Made by a program: the position numbers and the translations under genes. From contig CAVXTM010000016.1 in assembly GCA_963764725.1 (NCBI GenBank), positions 288,001-352,000 of the forward strand: 64,000 bases of DNA, in the 5' to 3' direction. Under the pieces are notes generated by a model. It worked only from the letters and a program-made list of their open reading frames with translations, was not told the DNA's origin and ran no database searches. The stretch's first letter is position 1. The number at the start of each line of letters is the position of its first letter. Positions 1 through 12,157 of this stretch are shown here, piece after piece. This DNA comes from an uncultured Gammaproteobacteria bacterium (GTDB taxonomy: Bacteria > Pseudomonadota > Gammaproteobacteria > JACCXJ01).

Positions 1-54
1 AGCCTGCCGTCTCGTGCGTGCTGCCGCACTGCATCGATGGCGCGGCGCTCAAGG

Positions 55-753
55 CTATCCTGCTACCAGCGCATCATGATCCACTGTGTCCAGAATCGCT
101 CGGCCGTCTTGAATGTAAATCACGGCATCTGCAAAGCAGTCAACATCCTCTTCGTCGTGAGAAATCAGAATCAGTGGAATGTTGAGCTTGGCTTGAAGCT
201 CCGCCAGTTCCTGACGCAAATGCGCTCGTAGCCCGCGATCAAGCGCGGCAAGCGGTTCATCCAGCAGCAGTGCGCGGGGTTCGGCCACAAGACCACGGGC
301 CAAGGCGGCCCGCTGACGTTGTCCTCCCGACAGCTGCTCGGGGTATTGATGCGCCACGGGCGCAAGGTGGAATGTTTCAAGCCAGCGGGTTACGGAGTCG
401 TGCCGCACATTGCGTTTCGGATTCAATAGGCCGGGATGCAGCGCGAACGCAATGTTCTGAACCACCGTGAGGTGAGGGAACAGCGCGTAGTCCTGAAATA
501 CGTAGGCAAGCTCACGCCGCTGTGGCGGCAAGTCGATGCGTGCGCGATGATCAAACAGGGAAAGCCCTTCTAGTCGAACATGTCCATCGTCGGGTGCGCT
601 TAGACCAGCGATCATCTTCAGCGTCTGACTTTTGCCTGCACCTGACGGCCCAAACAGAACCAGCCGCCGTGCATTGCTGCGAAAGCGCACGTCGAGCTTG
701 CAGCTGCGTTTGGTGTTCTCAAAGTGCTTGCGCACATCAACATCCCAAATCAT
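55..753 (-). CDS. modC: Molybdate ABC transporter ATP-binding protein
   Basis: Walker A GPSGAGKS, LSGGQRQR signature and LLLDEP; follows modAB; start placed at MIWDVDV. Confidence 0.9.
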   Translation of the reverse strand: MIWDVDVRKHFENTKRSCKLDVRFRSNARRLVLFGPSGAGKSQTLKMIAGLSAPDDGHVRLEGLSLFDHRARIDLPPQRRELAYVFQDYALFPHLTVVQNIAFALHPGLLNPKRNVRHDSVTRWLETFHLAPVAHQYPEQLSGGQRQRAALARGLVAEPRALLLDEPLAALDRGLRAHLRQELAELQAKLNIPLILISHDEEDVDCFADAVIYIQDGRAILDTVDHDALVAG

Positions 754-763
754 GGAGTCATCC

Positions 764-1438
764 TCATGGCTGACCTGCAATTCGTCCCGGCGCCAGGCGA
801 CCGGCGGCAAGCAGCACCGTGATGCAGGTCACCGATGTCACCAGCACGAGAAAATTCGCAACGTTGTCCTGCCCTGCTTGAACCGCCTCGTAAACCGCAA
901 TGGACAAGGTTTGCGTTTTCCCGGGAATGCTTCCTGCTACCATCAACGTTGCACCAAACTCCCCGGTCGCCCGGGCGAAGGCGAGCAATACCCCCGCCAA
1001 AATGCCGCGCCATGCCAAGGGCAATGTCACCCGGAAAAATACCGCTGCCTCGCTGATACGGAGAACGCGCGCAGCCTGTTCAAACTGGGGATCAACGGCT
1101 TCAAACGCCGCCCGTGCCGACTTGAAAACCAGCGGGAAGGCGACGATGGTGGCCGCAATCACGGCTCCCTGCCAGGTAAAAATGAGGTTGATGCCGAAGG
1201 TCTCCTGAAGCCAGCCGCCAATCGGTCCGTGACGTCCGAGTAACACGAGCAGATAGTAGCCGAGCACGGTGGGAGGCATGACCAGGGGCAAGGTCAGAAG
1301 TGCGTCCAATAGGTCGCGACCTGGAAACCGCTTGCGCGCCAGCAAAAAACCGATGGCGACCCCAAATGCCAAGTTGAGAACCGTAGCCCAACCCGCGACT
1401 TTGAGTGTCAGGCTCAACGCGATCCAAGCGTTTTCCAT
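764..1438 (-). CDS. modB: Molybdate ABC transporter permease
   Basis: LPLVMPPTVLGYYLL, EAA-like loop (FEQAARVL), FARATGEFGAT. Confidence 0.95.
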   Translation of the reverse strand: MENAWIALSLTLKVAGWATVLNLAFGVAIGFLLARKRFPGRDLLDALLTLPLVMPPTVLGYYLLVLLGRHGPIGGWLQETFGINLIFTWQGAVIAATIVAFPLVFKSARAAFEAVDPQFEQAARVLRISEAAVFFRVTLPLAWRGILAGVLLAFARATGEFGATLMVAGSIPGKTQTLSIAVYEAVQAGQDNVANFLVLVTSVTCITVLLAAGRLAPGRIAGQP

Positions 1439-1447
1439 CGACAGAGA

Positions 1448-2191
1448 TCAAGGCTTGCCGAAACCGTACTTCGCGAGCACGGCTTGCGCTTGACGGGAAT
1501 TGACGAAGGCGACGAACTTCTGCGCGACTGCGTGGTTGGCGCTGGCGGCGACCGGTGCAATGGGGTAAAGAATCGGGAGATCAGTCGGCACGGTGATAGC
1601 TACTCTGACCTTGTCCGGCATGATGGCGGCGTCGGTCGCGTACACAAAACCGGCGTCCACCTCTGAGCGCGCCACATAGTCAAGTGCCTGTCGCACAGTC
1701 TGCGCGCCGATCATTTTGGGCTCGATGGCCGACCAAAGCCCCGATTTCTCCAGGGCGCTTTTCGCATAACGGCCTACCGGAACACTGGCCGGCAGTCCGA
1801 TAGCGATCCGCTTATAATGCGCCTGCAAGAGGTCGTTCAACGCCTTCAGTGTGTTACCACCATCCGAAGGCACAACAACGACCAGCGTGTTGGAAACGAA
1901 GTTGTGCCTTTCGTCTGCTTTCACAAAACCCTGTGCTTGCGCTTGATTCATCGTTTCTTGATCGGCGCTGGCAAATACATCAGCAGGGGCGCCCTTGGCG
2001 ATCTGTTGTAACAGAGCCCCCGAAGCGCCGAAGTTGAACTGCAGTTTTACCCCTGGATTTTGAGGCTCGAAGAGTGAGGCCAACTCACGAAAGGCGTTGG
2101 TCAGGCTGGCTGCCGCCGACACGATTAGTTCTGCGGCAAGTGCCTGCCAACTGAGAAGTAAACCAAAGAGAGCTACAAGAAGGCGGGACAC
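1448..2191 (-). CDS. modA: Molybdate-binding periplasmic protein
   Basis: Signal peptide, SAAASL, FGASGAL.QQI..GAPADVFASA, VPVGRYA, GFVYATD. Confidence 0.95.
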   Translation of the reverse strand: MSRLLVALFGLLLSWQALAAELIVSAAASLTNAFRELASLFEPQNPGVKLQFNFGASGALLQQIAKGAPADVFASADQETMNQAQAQGFVKADERHNFVSNTLVVVVPSDGGNTLKALNDLLQAHYKRIAIGLPASVPVGRYAKSALEKSGLWSAIEPKMIGAQTVRQALDYVARSEVDAGFVYATDAAIMPDKVRVAITVPTDLPILYPIAPVAASANHAVAQKFVAFVNSRQAQAVLAKYGFGKP

Positions 2192-2214
2192 GAGGAGCTT
2201 TCATTTAGTCGAAA

Positions 2215-2243
2215 ATCGTAATATACGCGTGTATATGACGGAT
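2215..2243. promoter_or_regulatory. ModE operator upstream of modA
   Basis: ATCGTAATATA-CGCGTG-TATATGACGGAT matches the ModE consensus ATCGNTATATA-N6-TATATANCGAT; about 24 bp before the modA start. Confidence 0.8.
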
Positions 2244-2439
2244 GTCACGGCGACGAGCGCACTACTGGACTCTAAGAAGCCACGGGACAAAGCCGCCCGA
2301 ACGTGCCCGCCCGAGCAGGGCGATCTTCACGCCCAAGATCAGCGTTGGAGTTGCGCTTTGCCAGGCCCTCTCCTCCCGTCTGCAGTGAACGGCGCCAACT
2401 CTACTATCAACTGTTCCACAACCGCACCCTTCACGCCTT

Positions 2440-3573
2440 TCACTCTTTCGCTCCTTCGCCTCTTGCCGTCCCTTCCGGTTCTTGAGGGGGCGAAATGACG
2501 AGACTCTCTTTCGGTTCGCCGTATAGTGCGCTGTCGGTGTATTTCTGGTGCAAATACTTAAACCCAACCACGAGCGCTGCACTCGCGGGCAGCGCCAGCA
2601 GCACACCGAAAAACCCGAACAACTGGCCAAAAGCGAGCAGCGCAAAAATCACCCATACCGGATGCAGCCCGATGCGGTCTCCCACCAACCAAGGTGTGAC
2701 GACCATTCCTTCCAGTAGTTGCCCGAGGAAGAAAACGATCCACACCGGGACCAACCCTCCGAGACTTTGGAATTGAATCAATCCGGCGAGCGTCGCGAGC
2801 ACGAACCCGACGATGGCGCCGAGATAAGGAACAAAAGTGAGCATCCCCGCCAGGATGCCGATCGGCAGGGCAAAGTTCAGACCCACGAGCCAAAGGCCCG
2901 TGACATAAAAAACGCTTTGCAACAGCATGACCGACAATTGGCCGCGTAAAAATTGTCCCAGGACTTTGTCGACATCGCGAGCCATAGAAATGGTTTCGTC
3001 TCGAGCGCGTCTTGGAATCGTCTCACCGATCTGCGCAAGCATGAGGTCCCAGTCGCGCAAGACGTAAAACAACACCACCGGCACGAGCACCAGATTGATC
3101 ACGAGTTCGGCTAATGCGAGGCCGCCGGTTGTCAAACTAGGTATCAGCTTGGCCGCGAAACTTTTGGCGGCGGGAAGATTCTCCATCAGCGCCTGTTTGA
3201 TTCCCTGGATATCCAGTTCGAAATCGATTCCGAAACGATGCAACCAGGGCGTTATGTAAGAGCTTAACGCTTCCAGATATCGCGGATAGTTTTGCATCAA
3301 GGTTGCCGCCTGCTGTTCGAACAAAGGCACCAGAATGACCAGTATCAGGATCATAAGCCCGATCAACAAGAACATGACTATCAATACACTGAGTGTGCGA
3401 GGAATTTTTTTGGCTTCCAGCCGATCCACCAGCGGGTCGCCCATGTAGGCCAGAATCGCAGCTAATAAAAACGGCGTCAGAATCGGGCTCAGGAGGTAAA
3501 TAAGAACGCCAAAGAGCACGGCAAGCGCGAGCCAGAAAAAAGAACGCGCGCTTATAACTTGTTCAGAAGACAT
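2440..3573 (-). CDS. AI-2E (PerM-family) transporter
   Basis: Multi-TM protein; LAYMGDPLVDRLE, FLRGQL, FVPYLG, GLHPVWVIFALLAFGQLFGFFG. Confidence 0.9.
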   Translation of the reverse strand: MSSEQVISARSFFWLALAVLFGVLIYLLSPILTPFLLAAILAYMGDPLVDRLEAKKIPRTLSVLIVMFLLIGLMILILVILVPLFEQQAATLMQNYPRYLEALSSYITPWLHRFGIDFELDIQGIKQALMENLPAAKSFAAKLIPSLTTGGLALAELVINLVLVPVVLFYVLRDWDLMLAQIGETIPRRARDETISMARDVDKVLGQFLRGQLSVMLLQSVFYVTGLWLVGLNFALPIGILAGMLTFVPYLGAIVGFVLATLAGLIQFQSLGGLVPVWIVFFLGQLLEGMVVTPWLVGDRIGLHPVWVIFALLAFGQLFGFFGVLLALPASAALVVGFKYLHQKYTDSALYGEPKESLVISPPQEPEGTARGEGAKE

Positions 3574-3670
3574 TAGTTAAAATCGGCGGCGTGCGGTTGA
3601 TCTTCGAGCGGTAACTTTAGCGGCTGACGATTCAGAACTCAAATGAAATGGGCATGACCGCGGACGTTTT

Positions 3671-4612
<942 letters not shown>

Positions 4613-4656
4613 TTATCTTGAGATATGCTATAAAGTCTTTTTATCGGGGAACCCCC

Positions 4657-5250
4657 ATGAGCCCACGCGCAGCACAGGTACAACGCGATACGCAGGAAAC
4701 CCAGATCGGCGTGACCTTGGATCTCGATGGCGCCGGTCGGTCGGATCTCGATACCGGGATCCCCTTTCTCGACCATATGCTCGATCAGGTGGCGCGGCAC
4801 GGGTTGATCGACCTCAAGATCGAAGCGCGCGGCGATCTCCACATCGACGCGCACCACAGCGTCGAAGACATCGGCATCGCGATCGGTCAGGCGCTCGCGC
4901 AAGCGCTCGGCGACAAGCGCGGGATTAGGCGCTACGGCCATGCATACGTCCCGCTCGATGAGGCGCTGTCGCGGGTGGTCATCGACTGTTCGGGACGGCC
5001 CGGTCTCGAGTTTCACGTGGATTTTCCGCGTGCGCGCGTCGGGGATTTCGATGTCGATCTTTTCTACGAATTCTTCCACGGGTTCGCCAACCACGCGCGC
5101 GTAACGCTTCACATCGACACGTTTCGCGGCCGCAACGCCCATCATATTATCGAGACCGTCTTCAAAGCCTTCGGTCGCGCCTTGCGCATGGCCGTCGAGT
5201 CCGACCCGCGGCTTGAGGGCGCCGTGCCCTCGACCAAGGGCAGCCTCTGA
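4657..5250 (+). CDS. hisB: Imidazoleglycerol-phosphate dehydratase (monofunctional)
   Basis: [27 protein letters not shown]. Confidence 0.97.
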   Translation: MSPRAAQVQRDTQETQIGVTLDLDGAGRSDLDTGIPFLDHMLDQVARHGLIDLKIEARGDLHIDAHHSVEDIGIAIGQALAQALGDKRGIRRYGHAYVPLDEALSRVVIDCSGRPGLEFHVDFPRARVGDFDVDLFYEFFHGFANHARVTLHIDTFRGRNAHHIIETVFKAFGRALRMAVESDPRLEGAVPSTKGSL

Positions 5251-5276
5251 GAGCTTGTGAATAAATCTACTGCGCA
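5247..5276 (+). repeat. Partial copy (left end) of the MITE-like element
   Basis: CTGAGAGCTTGTGAATAAATCTACTGCGCA matches the left end of 11504-11654 and contains the hisB stop codon. Confidence 0.75.
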
Positions 5277-5304
5277 GCCCACGCCGCGCGCCGTTCATCG
5301 CACG

Positions 5305-5955
5305 ATGCAAACCGTCGTTGTTCTCGATTACGGCATGAGCAACCTGCGCTCGGTTGCCAAGGCCATCGAGTACGTGTCGGAAGGCCGGCACCGCGTCCTC
5401 GTGAGCGGCCGCCCGGATGATCTCGTGCGCGCCGATCGCATCGTCTTCCCGGGACAAGGTGCGAGCGGCGACTGCATGGAGCATATCACGGCCATGGGGC
5501 TCGATCGCGTGCTGCGCGAGGTCCTTTCCGCGAAGCCGTTTCTCGGGATCTGCCTGGGGCTGCAATCCCTGATGGAGTGGAGTGAGGAGGGGGGCGGCAC
5601 GCCGGGCCTCGGGGTATACCCGGGACAGGTCGTGCGTTTTCCGCGAGAGCTGCATGCCCCGGACAGTGAGGATATTTTAAAGGTCCCGCACATGGGGTGG
5701 AATCAGGTGTGGCCGACGGATTCTCATCATTTGTGGGCGGGTATTGCTCCGGGCGAGCGCTTTTACTTCGTCCACAGCTATTTCGTGTTGCCCAAGGAAG
5801 AGGACCTTACGGCTGCTTATACGGAGTATGGCGTGCGGTTTACCGCAGCTCTCGCGCGCGGCAATGTATTCGCGGTGCAGTTCCATCCCGAGAAAAGCCA
5901 GCAGCCGGGACTGCGCCTACTCAGAAACTTTCTGCACTGGGACGGCAGCGCTTAA
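5305..5955 (+). CDS. hisH: Imidazole glycerol phosphate synthase glutaminase subunit
   Basis: DYGMSNLRSV, PGQG, GICLGLQ, VPHMGWN, QFHPEKS. Confidence 0.96.
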   Translation: MQTVVVLDYGMSNLRSVAKAIEYVSEGRHRVLVSGRPDDLVRADRIVFPGQGASGDCMEHITAMGLDRVLREVLSAKPFLGICLGLQSLMEWSEEGGGTPGLGVYPGQVVRFPRELHAPDSEDILKVPHMGWNQVWPTDSHHLWAGIAPGERFYFVHSYFVLPKEEDLTAAYTEYGVRFTAALARGNVFAVQFHPEKSQQPGLRLLRNFLHWDGSA

Positions 5956-7250
5956 GCCTCCGCTTCCCTCGTCTCCCGCGCCACCGCCCGGAAGCCGATG
6001 TCCGGACGGTAATACATCCCCTGCCATTGGATTTTTTTGATCCGGGCATAGGCGAGCGACTGGGCCTCGCTGACTGTCGCGCCTAGTGCGCACACACACG
6101 CCACGCGGCCGCCGGCCGTGACGATCCGTCCCTCCCTTATCGCAGTGCCGGAATGAAAGACCGTGGTGTCCGCGGGATGTTCGGCATCGAGGCCCGCGAT
6201 CACATCGCCTATGCGAGGGGCGCCGGGATAGCCCGCCGCCGCGAGCACGACACCGAGGGCGGCGCGTTGATCCCAGTGCGGCTGGATTATCTTCAGACGG
6301 CCCGCGAGCCCTGCCTCGATGATCTCGACGAGATCCGAGCGTAATCGCAATAAAATGACCTCGGCCTCCGGATCGCCTAAGCGGCAATTGTACTCAAGCA
6401 CCCGCGGCGTGCCGTCGGGAGCCACCATGACACCGACATACAGGAAACCCCGATAGGGCCGGCCTTCCCGCGCCATCCCGTGTATCGTCGGCAGCAGGAT
6501 TTCGCTCATTACCCGATCGCTCACCTCTTGGGTGAGCACGGGGGCAGGCGAATAAGCTCCCATGCCCCCAGTATTGGGTCCGCGGTCCCCGGCATCGCGC
6601 GCCTTGTGATCCTGTGCGCTCGCGAGAGGCACGACATCGATGCCGTCGCTTACCACGATAAAGCTCGCCTCCTCGCCTTCCAAGAACCCCTCGACGACGA
6701 TTTCCTGCCCGGCGCTGCCGAAGGCGTGGCCCGCGAGCATATCGCTGGCCGCCCGGACGGCCTCATCAGTGGATTGAGCGATAACCACGCCCTTACCCGC
6801 CGCGAGGCCGTTGGCCTTGATGACCAGCGGGAGCGCCTGGGCTCGAATATACGCGCTGGCGGCGTGGAGATCCGAAAAAGATGCGTAAGGCGCCGTGGCT
6901 ACGCCGTGGCGGTCCATAAAGGACTTCGCATAGACTTTGGAGCCCTCGAGCACGGCCGCCGACCGGCTCGGACCAAAGCACCGGAGCCCCGCCTCGTCGA
7001 AGCGGTCCACGATCCCGGCCACCAGTGGCACCTCCGATCCGACCAGAGTGAGGTCAACCCGAGCGCTCCGGGCGAAGGCGAGGAGGGCCGCGAGATCGCC
7101 GGCCGGGATGGCGACGTTTTCAACCTTGTGTTCGCGCGCCGTGCCGACGTTCCCCGGCGCCACGTAGACGCGATCGACGTGTGCGGAGCTCGCCACCTTC
7201 CACGCAAGGGCGTGCTCGCGCCCTCCCCCGCCAACGATTAGAACCTTCAC
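5952..7250 (-). CDS. purD: Phosphoribosylamine-glycine ligase
   Basis: [41 protein letters not shown]; GTG start at 7250. Confidence 0.95.
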   Translation of the reverse strand: MKVLIVGGGGREHALAWKVASSAHVDRVYVAPGNVGTAREHKVENVAIPAGDLAALLAFARSARVDLTLVGSEVPLVAGIVDRFDEAGLRCFGPSRSAAVLEGSKVYAKSFMDRHGVATAPYASFSDLHAASAYIRAQALPLVIKANGLAAGKGVVIAQSTDEAVRAASDMLAGHAFGSAGQEIVVEGFLEGEEASFIVVSDGIDVVPLASAQDHKARDAGDRGPNTGGMGAYSPAPVLTQEVSDRVMSEILLPTIHGMAREGRPYRGFLYVGVMVAPDGTPRVLEYNCRLGDPEAEVILLRLRSDLVEIIEAGLAGRLKIIQPHWDQRAALGVVLAAAGYPGAPRIGDVIAGLDAEHPADTTVFHSGTAIREGRIVTAGGRVACVCALGATVSEAQSLAYARIKKIQWQGMYYRPDIGFRAVARETREAEA

Positions 7251-7251
7251 T

Positions 7252-8805
7252 TCATGAATGGCGGAAGTGCCGGATCCCCGTGAAGACCATGGCCATGCCG
7301 TGCTCGTCGGCGGCACCGATCACTTCAGTGTCGCGGATGGAACCGCCGGGCTGGATCACTGCGGTGACGCCGACCGCCGCGGCGGCGTCGATGCTATCGC
7401 GAAACGGGAAGAAGGCGTCCGAGGCCATGACCGAAGCCCGGAGATCGAGGCCCGCGTCGGCGGCTTTCATGACGCCGAGGCGGGCGCTGTAGACCCGGCT
7501 CATCTGGCCGGCGCCGATACCCGCGGTCTGGCCGGCTTTGGCGTAAACGATGGCATTCGATTTGACGAACTTCACCACTCGCCAGGCAAACAGCAGATCG
7601 GCGATTTCGGCTTCGGTCGGGCCACGCTGGGTCACGACTTTCACGTCGGCAAATTCTACCGCGGCCTCATCCCGCTCCTGCACTAAGAGGCCACCCTGCA
7701 CGCGCTTGTAATCGAATGCCTTCCGAGCGTGTGCCTCCGGCTGACCGACGGTGAGCACGCGCACGTCTTGTTTGCGTTGCACTACCGGGAGGGCCTCCGG
7801 CGCGACGCCCAGCGCGGCGATCACCTCTACGAATTGGCGTGCGAGGATGGCCTCGGCGGTGTCCGCGTCAAGGATGCGGTTGAAGGCGATGATCCCGCCG
7901 AAGGCGGAGGTAGGATCGGTCGCGTAAGCGCGTTCGTAGGCCACTCGCGGCGATTCGGCGAGCGCTACCCCACACGGATTGGCGTGCTTGACGATGGCAC
8001 AGGCGGGCGCGGAAAAGGAAAACACGCACTCCAAGGCCACATCGGTGTCGGCGATATTGTTGAAGGAGAGATCTTTGCCTTGCAGTTGTTTGGATGCGGC
8101 GACGCTGCCCGGCGGCGGATCGGTTTCCGCATAGAAGGCGGCGCGTTGGTGAGGGTTTTCGCCGTAACGGAGCTCTTGGCGCTTGGCATAGCACGGGCAA
8201 TACAGGCGCGGGAAACCTTGGTCCGCCGCGTCCATATAAGCGGCAATCAAAGAATCGTAGCGCGCAGTATAAGCGAATGCCTTGGCCGCCAAGCGGTAGC
8301 GCGTTCCGGTGCTGATGCTGGCGTTCGCGGTCCGCATCTCTTCGATGAGCGGGGCATAATCGCCCGGGTCGACCACGACCGTGACTGCGCCATGATTCTT
8401 GGCTGCGGCGCGCACCAAGGCCGGGCCACCGACGTCGATATTCTCAGTGGCCTCGGCGAGGGTGCAATCGGCCCTCGCGACGGTGCTTTCGAACGGATAC
8501 AGGTTGACGACGACCAGATCGATGGGACCGATCCCGTGGGCCTGCATCAGCGGCTCATCGATACCTCGACGGCCGAGGATGCCGCCGTAGACCTTCGGGT
8601 GCAGGGTCTTGACGCGCCCGCCCATGATTTCGGGAAAGCCGGTATAGTCCGACACCTCGATGGCTTGCAGGGCGTGCTCCGCCAGCAACCGCGCCGTACC
8701 TCCCGTCAACAATAGTTGCACGCCCTGCCCGGTTAAAAACCGCGCGAGATCCACGAGGCCGGTCTTATCGGAGACACTCAAAAGCGCACGTCGTATAGAC
8801 CGCAT
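7252..8805 (-). CDS. purH: Bifunctional AICAR transformylase/IMP cyclohydrolase
   Basis: [41 protein letters not shown]. Confidence 0.97.
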   Translation of the reverse strand: MRSIRRALLSVSDKTGLVDLARFLTGQGVQLLLTGGTARLLAEHALQAIEVSDYTGFPEIMGGRVKTLHPKVYGGILGRRGIDEPLMQAHGIGPIDLVVVNLYPFESTVARADCTLAEATENIDVGGPALVRAAAKNHGAVTVVVDPGDYAPLIEEMRTANASISTGTRYRLAAKAFAYTARYDSLIAAYMDAADQGFPRLYCPCYAKRQELRYGENPHQRAAFYAETDPPPGSVAASKQLQGKDLSFNNIADTDVALECVFSFSAPACAIVKHANPCGVALAESPRVAYERAYATDPTSAFGGIIAFNRILDADTAEAILARQFVEVIAALGVAPEALPVVQRKQDVRVLTVGQPEAHARKAFDYKRVQGGLLVQERDEAAVEFADVKVVTQRGPTEAEIADLLFAWRVVKFVKSNAIVYAKAGQTAGIGAGQMSRVYSARLGVMKAADAGLDLRASVMASDAFFPFRDSIDAAAAVGVTAVIQPGGSIRDTEVIGAADEHGMAMVFTGIRHFRHS

Positions 8806-8830
8806 CGGCTGGGGCCGTTCCTGACCGTGG

Positions 8831-9145
8831 CTAGATCAAGCTGTATTTCTTGAGGCGGGTACGCAGTGTGTTGCGATTCAGGCCCAAGATTTGGGCCGCC
8901 TTCGAAAGGTTGCCCCCGGTCTGCGCCAGCACGGCCTCGAATAACGGCCGCTCGACTTCGCTAAGCACTAGCGCGTAGAGCCCGGCCGGGCTATGGCCGT
9001 TGAGATTGGCAAAGTAGATCTGCAAGGACTGCGTGATGCACTGACGAATCGGTTGATTTCTGCGCTCGACGAATACCGCTGGCCTAGAAAGCTCGTGGTC
9101 TAATATGCGAGTCATGCCGGCGACTTCTCCTACTATCATGTTCAC
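8831..9145 (-). CDS. fis: Fis-family DNA-binding protein
   Basis: C-terminal [27 protein letters not shown]; position upstream of purH. Confidence 0.85.
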   Translation of the reverse strand: MNMIVGEVAGMTRILDHELSRPAVFVERRNQPIRQCITQSLQIYFANLNGHSPAGLYALVLSEVERPLFEAVLAQTGGNLSKAAQILGLNRNTLRTRLKKYSLI

Positions 9146-9331
9146 CCTCCCCTCTGCTACCGGCGGTTATCGTAGTGTTTCGTTCTTAAGAGATTGCGCC
9201 GGCCCCGCCGGTACCCAACGCGTGTTCTCTCGATGATTTCTACGGCGATGTGGTAGGTACCCATGATAACGGGAAACGAGTCGTGATTGAAGCCATTGAC
9301 AACGGCTTTAAGCGATGTCGGGCGAAGCGCG

Positions 9332-10057
9332 TTACAGGAACTTAAACTCGAAACTCACCGGGTTTTTCCGCGGGCCTTGCACTTCCAGGACGATATGAAC
9401 CGGGATCCCAGGCGGCATCGCCAGCGCCGGGTCAACATGTTTTTCGAGGTACTCCTTGGGCACAAACCGGCGAGCGGCGAGGACTTGGCCGTCCGTATCG
9501 TACAAACCGAGCTGCAGCACCGGGTAGGGCTGGGGGAATTCCGCATAATTGGTGAAGAGGGCGTTGATCAACAGTGCGTCTGCGGCACGCGGATGGACGC
9601 GCACATCGCGCGAGACCAGCCGGATGAGGCTCGGATCGCGGTAGTGGGGCAACTGGCAATGCCCGCAAGCCCACTCCAGCGGCGGGCGCGCTACGGGGAA
9701 CAGCGCGAGCAGGCGGGACCCTTGAAACCATGCGATCTGACCCAGCAACAGCATCAAGAGTATGACGGCCGCCGCGCCCCACGCGCTCGGGCGGTGTTTC
9801 GGGACCAGCCCCTCGATGGCGGTCAGATCGAGCGCCTGGGCTAGGGCGCTGTCGGCAGCCTGAGCCACATCGGTGCGGCCCGTCGTGGCGTCCCCGGCCG
9901 CAGCGCGCGTTGGGGGTTCGCTTTGCGCGTCAACCAAAGCCTCCAAGGCATCGAAGACGCTGTGGCAAATCCCGCAGCGCACCTTGCCGTGTGCCGCCTT
10001 GAGCTCGCTCGCGGAAAGGCGAAATAGCGTACGGCATTCCGGACAGCGCGCCAGCAT
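9332..10057 (-). CDS. Zinc-ribbon and DUF3426 domain protein
   Basis: CPECRT..VRCGIC zinc ribbon, TM segment, RRFVPKEYL; usual acc-fis context. Confidence 0.85.
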   Translation of the reverse strand: MLARCPECRTLFRLSASELKAAHGKVRCGICHSVFDALEALVDAQSEPPTRAAAGDATTGRTDVAQAADSALAQALDLTAIEGLVPKHRPSAWGAAAVILLMLLLGQIAWFQGSRLLALFPVARPPLEWACGHCQLPHYRDPSLIRLVSRDVRVHPRAADALLINALFTNYAEFPQPYPVLQLGLYDTDGQVLAARRFVPKEYLEKHVDPALAMPPGIPVHIVLEVQGPRKNPVSFEFKFL

Positions 10058-10133
10058 CGTTTCAGCGCCCTGGCGCGCCCGCCCCGGTCAGCCGCCTGGC
10101 AGGCACGAGGACCCACTCCTCGATCCGTTCTAC

Positions 10134-10161
10134 CGCAGTAGATTTACTCACAAGCTCTCAG
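10134..10161 (-). repeat. Partial copy (left end) of the MITE-like element
   Basis: Reverse complement CTGAGAGCTTGTGAGTAAATCTACTGCG is 27/28 identical to the hisB copy and contains the accC stop codon. Confidence 0.75.
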
Positions 10162-11501
10162 GTCAGTCCCAGCTTCTTTTCGAGATAATGGATATCCATA
10201 GCGCCCGCGCGAAATCCTTCGTCATTCATCATATTGCGATGCAAGGGCAGGTTGGTCTTGATCCCGTCGATCACAATCTCAGTGAGGGCGTTAATCATGC
10301 GCGCGAGCGCGATGCTTCGGCTCTCGCCGTGAGCGATGAGCTTGCCGATCAAGGAATCGTAGTAAGGCGGAACCGCATAGCCTTGGTAAATATGCGTATC
10401 CAAGCGGATCCCGGGACCGCCGGGCGGATGAAATAAAGTGATCGTGCCGGGCGAGGGCATGAAGGTTTCGTGATCTTCGGCGTTGATCCGGCACTCGATT
10501 GCATGACCACGGAGGATGATCTGGTCCTGGCGATAACTCAGAGGTTCGCCGCTCGCGATGAGGATCTGTTCTTTGACGAGATCCACCCCAGTGACCATTT
10601 CGGTGACTGGATGCTCCACCTGAATGCGCGTGTTCATTTCGATGAAGTAAAACTGAGCATCTTGATAGAGAAACTCAAACGTGCCGGCGCCGCGGTAGCC
10701 GATTTCCTGGCAGGCTTGCACACATCGCATGCCGATAGCGTCTCTAATTTCCGCGCCGAGACCCGAGGCGGGCGCTTCTTCGATGACCTTTTGGTGGCGC
10801 CGCTGCGTCGAGCAATCGCGTTCCCCGAGGTGTATGGCGTTGCCGAGGGTGTCGGCGAGGACCTGGATCTCGATGTGGCGCGGTGTCTCAAGGTATTTTT
10901 CAAGATAGACGGAACCGTTTCCGAAAGCCGCGCGGGCCTCCCCGCTGGTAAGGGCGATGGCATTGAGCAGCGCGGCTTCGCCATGCACCACTCGCATGCC
11001 GCGCCCTCCCCCGCCTCCCGCGGCCTTGATCATGATCGGATAACCGATCGCGCGTGCGATCCGGAGGTTCTCGTCGACATCGACGCCGAGGGGTCCGTCG
11101 GAACCAGGCACGCAGGAGACTCCTGCTTGTTTCATCACGCGGATGGCGGATACCTTGTCGCCCATCAGCCGGATCGTTTCCGGCCTCGGGCCGATGAAGA
11201 TGAAACCGCTTTGCTCGACGCGCTCGGCGAAGTCGGCGTTTTCCGCGAGGAACCCATAACCCGGGTGGATGGCCACGGCGTCGGTGACCTCGGCGGCGCT
11301 GATCAAGGCTGGGCCGTTCAAATAACTTTCCGCCGAGGGCGCCGGACCGATGCACACCGACTCGTCGGCGAGACGCACCGGTTTTAGATCGCGATCCGCG
11401 GTCGAATGAACCGCAACGGTCTTGATCCCCAACTCGCGGCAGGCGCGTAAAACTCTGAGCGCGATCTCACCCCGGTTGGCTATCACGATTTTGTCAAGCA
11501 T
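10158..11501 (-). CDS. accC: Acetyl-CoA carboxylase biotin carboxylase
   Basis: [35 protein letters not shown]. Confidence 0.97.
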   Translation of the reverse strand: MLDKIVIANRGEIALRVLRACRELGIKTVAVHSTADRDLKPVRLADESVCIGPAPSAESYLNGPALISAAEVTDAVAIHPGYGFLAENADFAERVEQSGFIFIGPRPETIRLMGDKVSAIRVMKQAGVSCVPGSDGPLGVDVDENLRIARAIGYPIMIKAAGGGGGRGMRVVHGEAALLNAIALTSGEARAAFGNGSVYLEKYLETPRHIEIQVLADTLGNAIHLGERDCSTQRRHQKVIEEAPASGLGAEIRDAIGMRCVQACQEIGYRGAGTFEFLYQDAQFYFIEMNTRIQVEHPVTEMVTGVDLVKEQILIASGEPLSYRQDQIILRGHAIECRINAEDHETFMPSPGTITLFHPPGGPGIRLDTHIYQGYAVPPYYDSLIGKLIAHGESRSIALARMINALTEIVIDGIKTNLPLHRNMMNDEGFRAGAMDIHYLEKKLGLT

Positions 11502-11503
11502 GG

Positions 11504-11654
11504 CTCAGAGATTGTGAATTAATCTACTGCGCATCCCGATCGCTGCGGCGCGTGCTCGCTCGCTCCTCGCCTATCTACCGGATATGTCTCGTCGCTTGCT
11601 CCGCGGCTCCTTGCGCTCGGGCTTGCTCGATAAGATTTATTCACAACCTCTTAG
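11504..11654. mobile_element. Non-coding MITE-like element, about 151 bp
   Basis: 22-bp imperfect terminal inverted repeats CTCAGAGATTGTGAATTAATCT / AGATTTATTCACAACCTCTTAG; three partial copies elsewhere in the window. Confidence 0.75.
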
Positions 11655-11701
11655 TTAACAAATGCCGGACGAAACCGGGAGGCCTCCCTGCGCGCAGGGA
11701 T

Positions 11702-12157
11702 TCAAGTTCGTTTCAGTACGAACAGGGGCTGGTCGTATTCCACCGGTTGGCCGTTGTCGACCAGAATCGCGGCGATCGTGCCGTCGCTATCGGCTTCGAT
11801 CTGATTCATTACCTTCATGGCCTCGATGATACACATAATCTCGCCCCGTTTTACCCGCTGACCCACCTCAACGAACGGTTTGCTGGTCGGAGAGGCGCCG
11901 AGATAAAAGGTGCCGACCATCGGAGCGGTGATGGAATGACCTTCAAAGTCTGGTTTCGGTTTAACATCGGTGGGAGCGACGGCATGCCCGGACGGGGCGG
12001 GGAGCTGCGGATCCGCTAGCTGTAAGAAGGTTTGACCCGCCGGCGGCGCCCGATAGCGGCTGATCCGGACCGATTCCTCTCCCTCGTGGATTTCGAGCTC
12101 GGCAATGCCGGACTCTTCCAGGAGCTCGATTAGCTTTTTTACTTTACGGATGTCCAT
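11702..12157 (-). CDS. accB: Biotin carboxyl carrier protein
   Basis: [30 protein letters not shown]. Confidence 0.97.
   Translation of the reverse strand: MDIRKVKKLIELLEESGIAELEIHEGEESVRISRYRAPPAGQTFLQLADPQLPAPSGHAVAPTDVKPKPDFEGHSITAPMVGTFYLGASPTSKPFVEVGQRVKRGEIMCIIEAMKVMNQIEADSDGTIAAILVDNGQPVEYDQPLFVLKRT

Noticed and set aside
2425-2465. Short GAAAG/GAAGG-type repeats at the 3' end of the AI-2E gene
   Set aside because: Only 3-4 imperfect units; too weak to call a repeat array.
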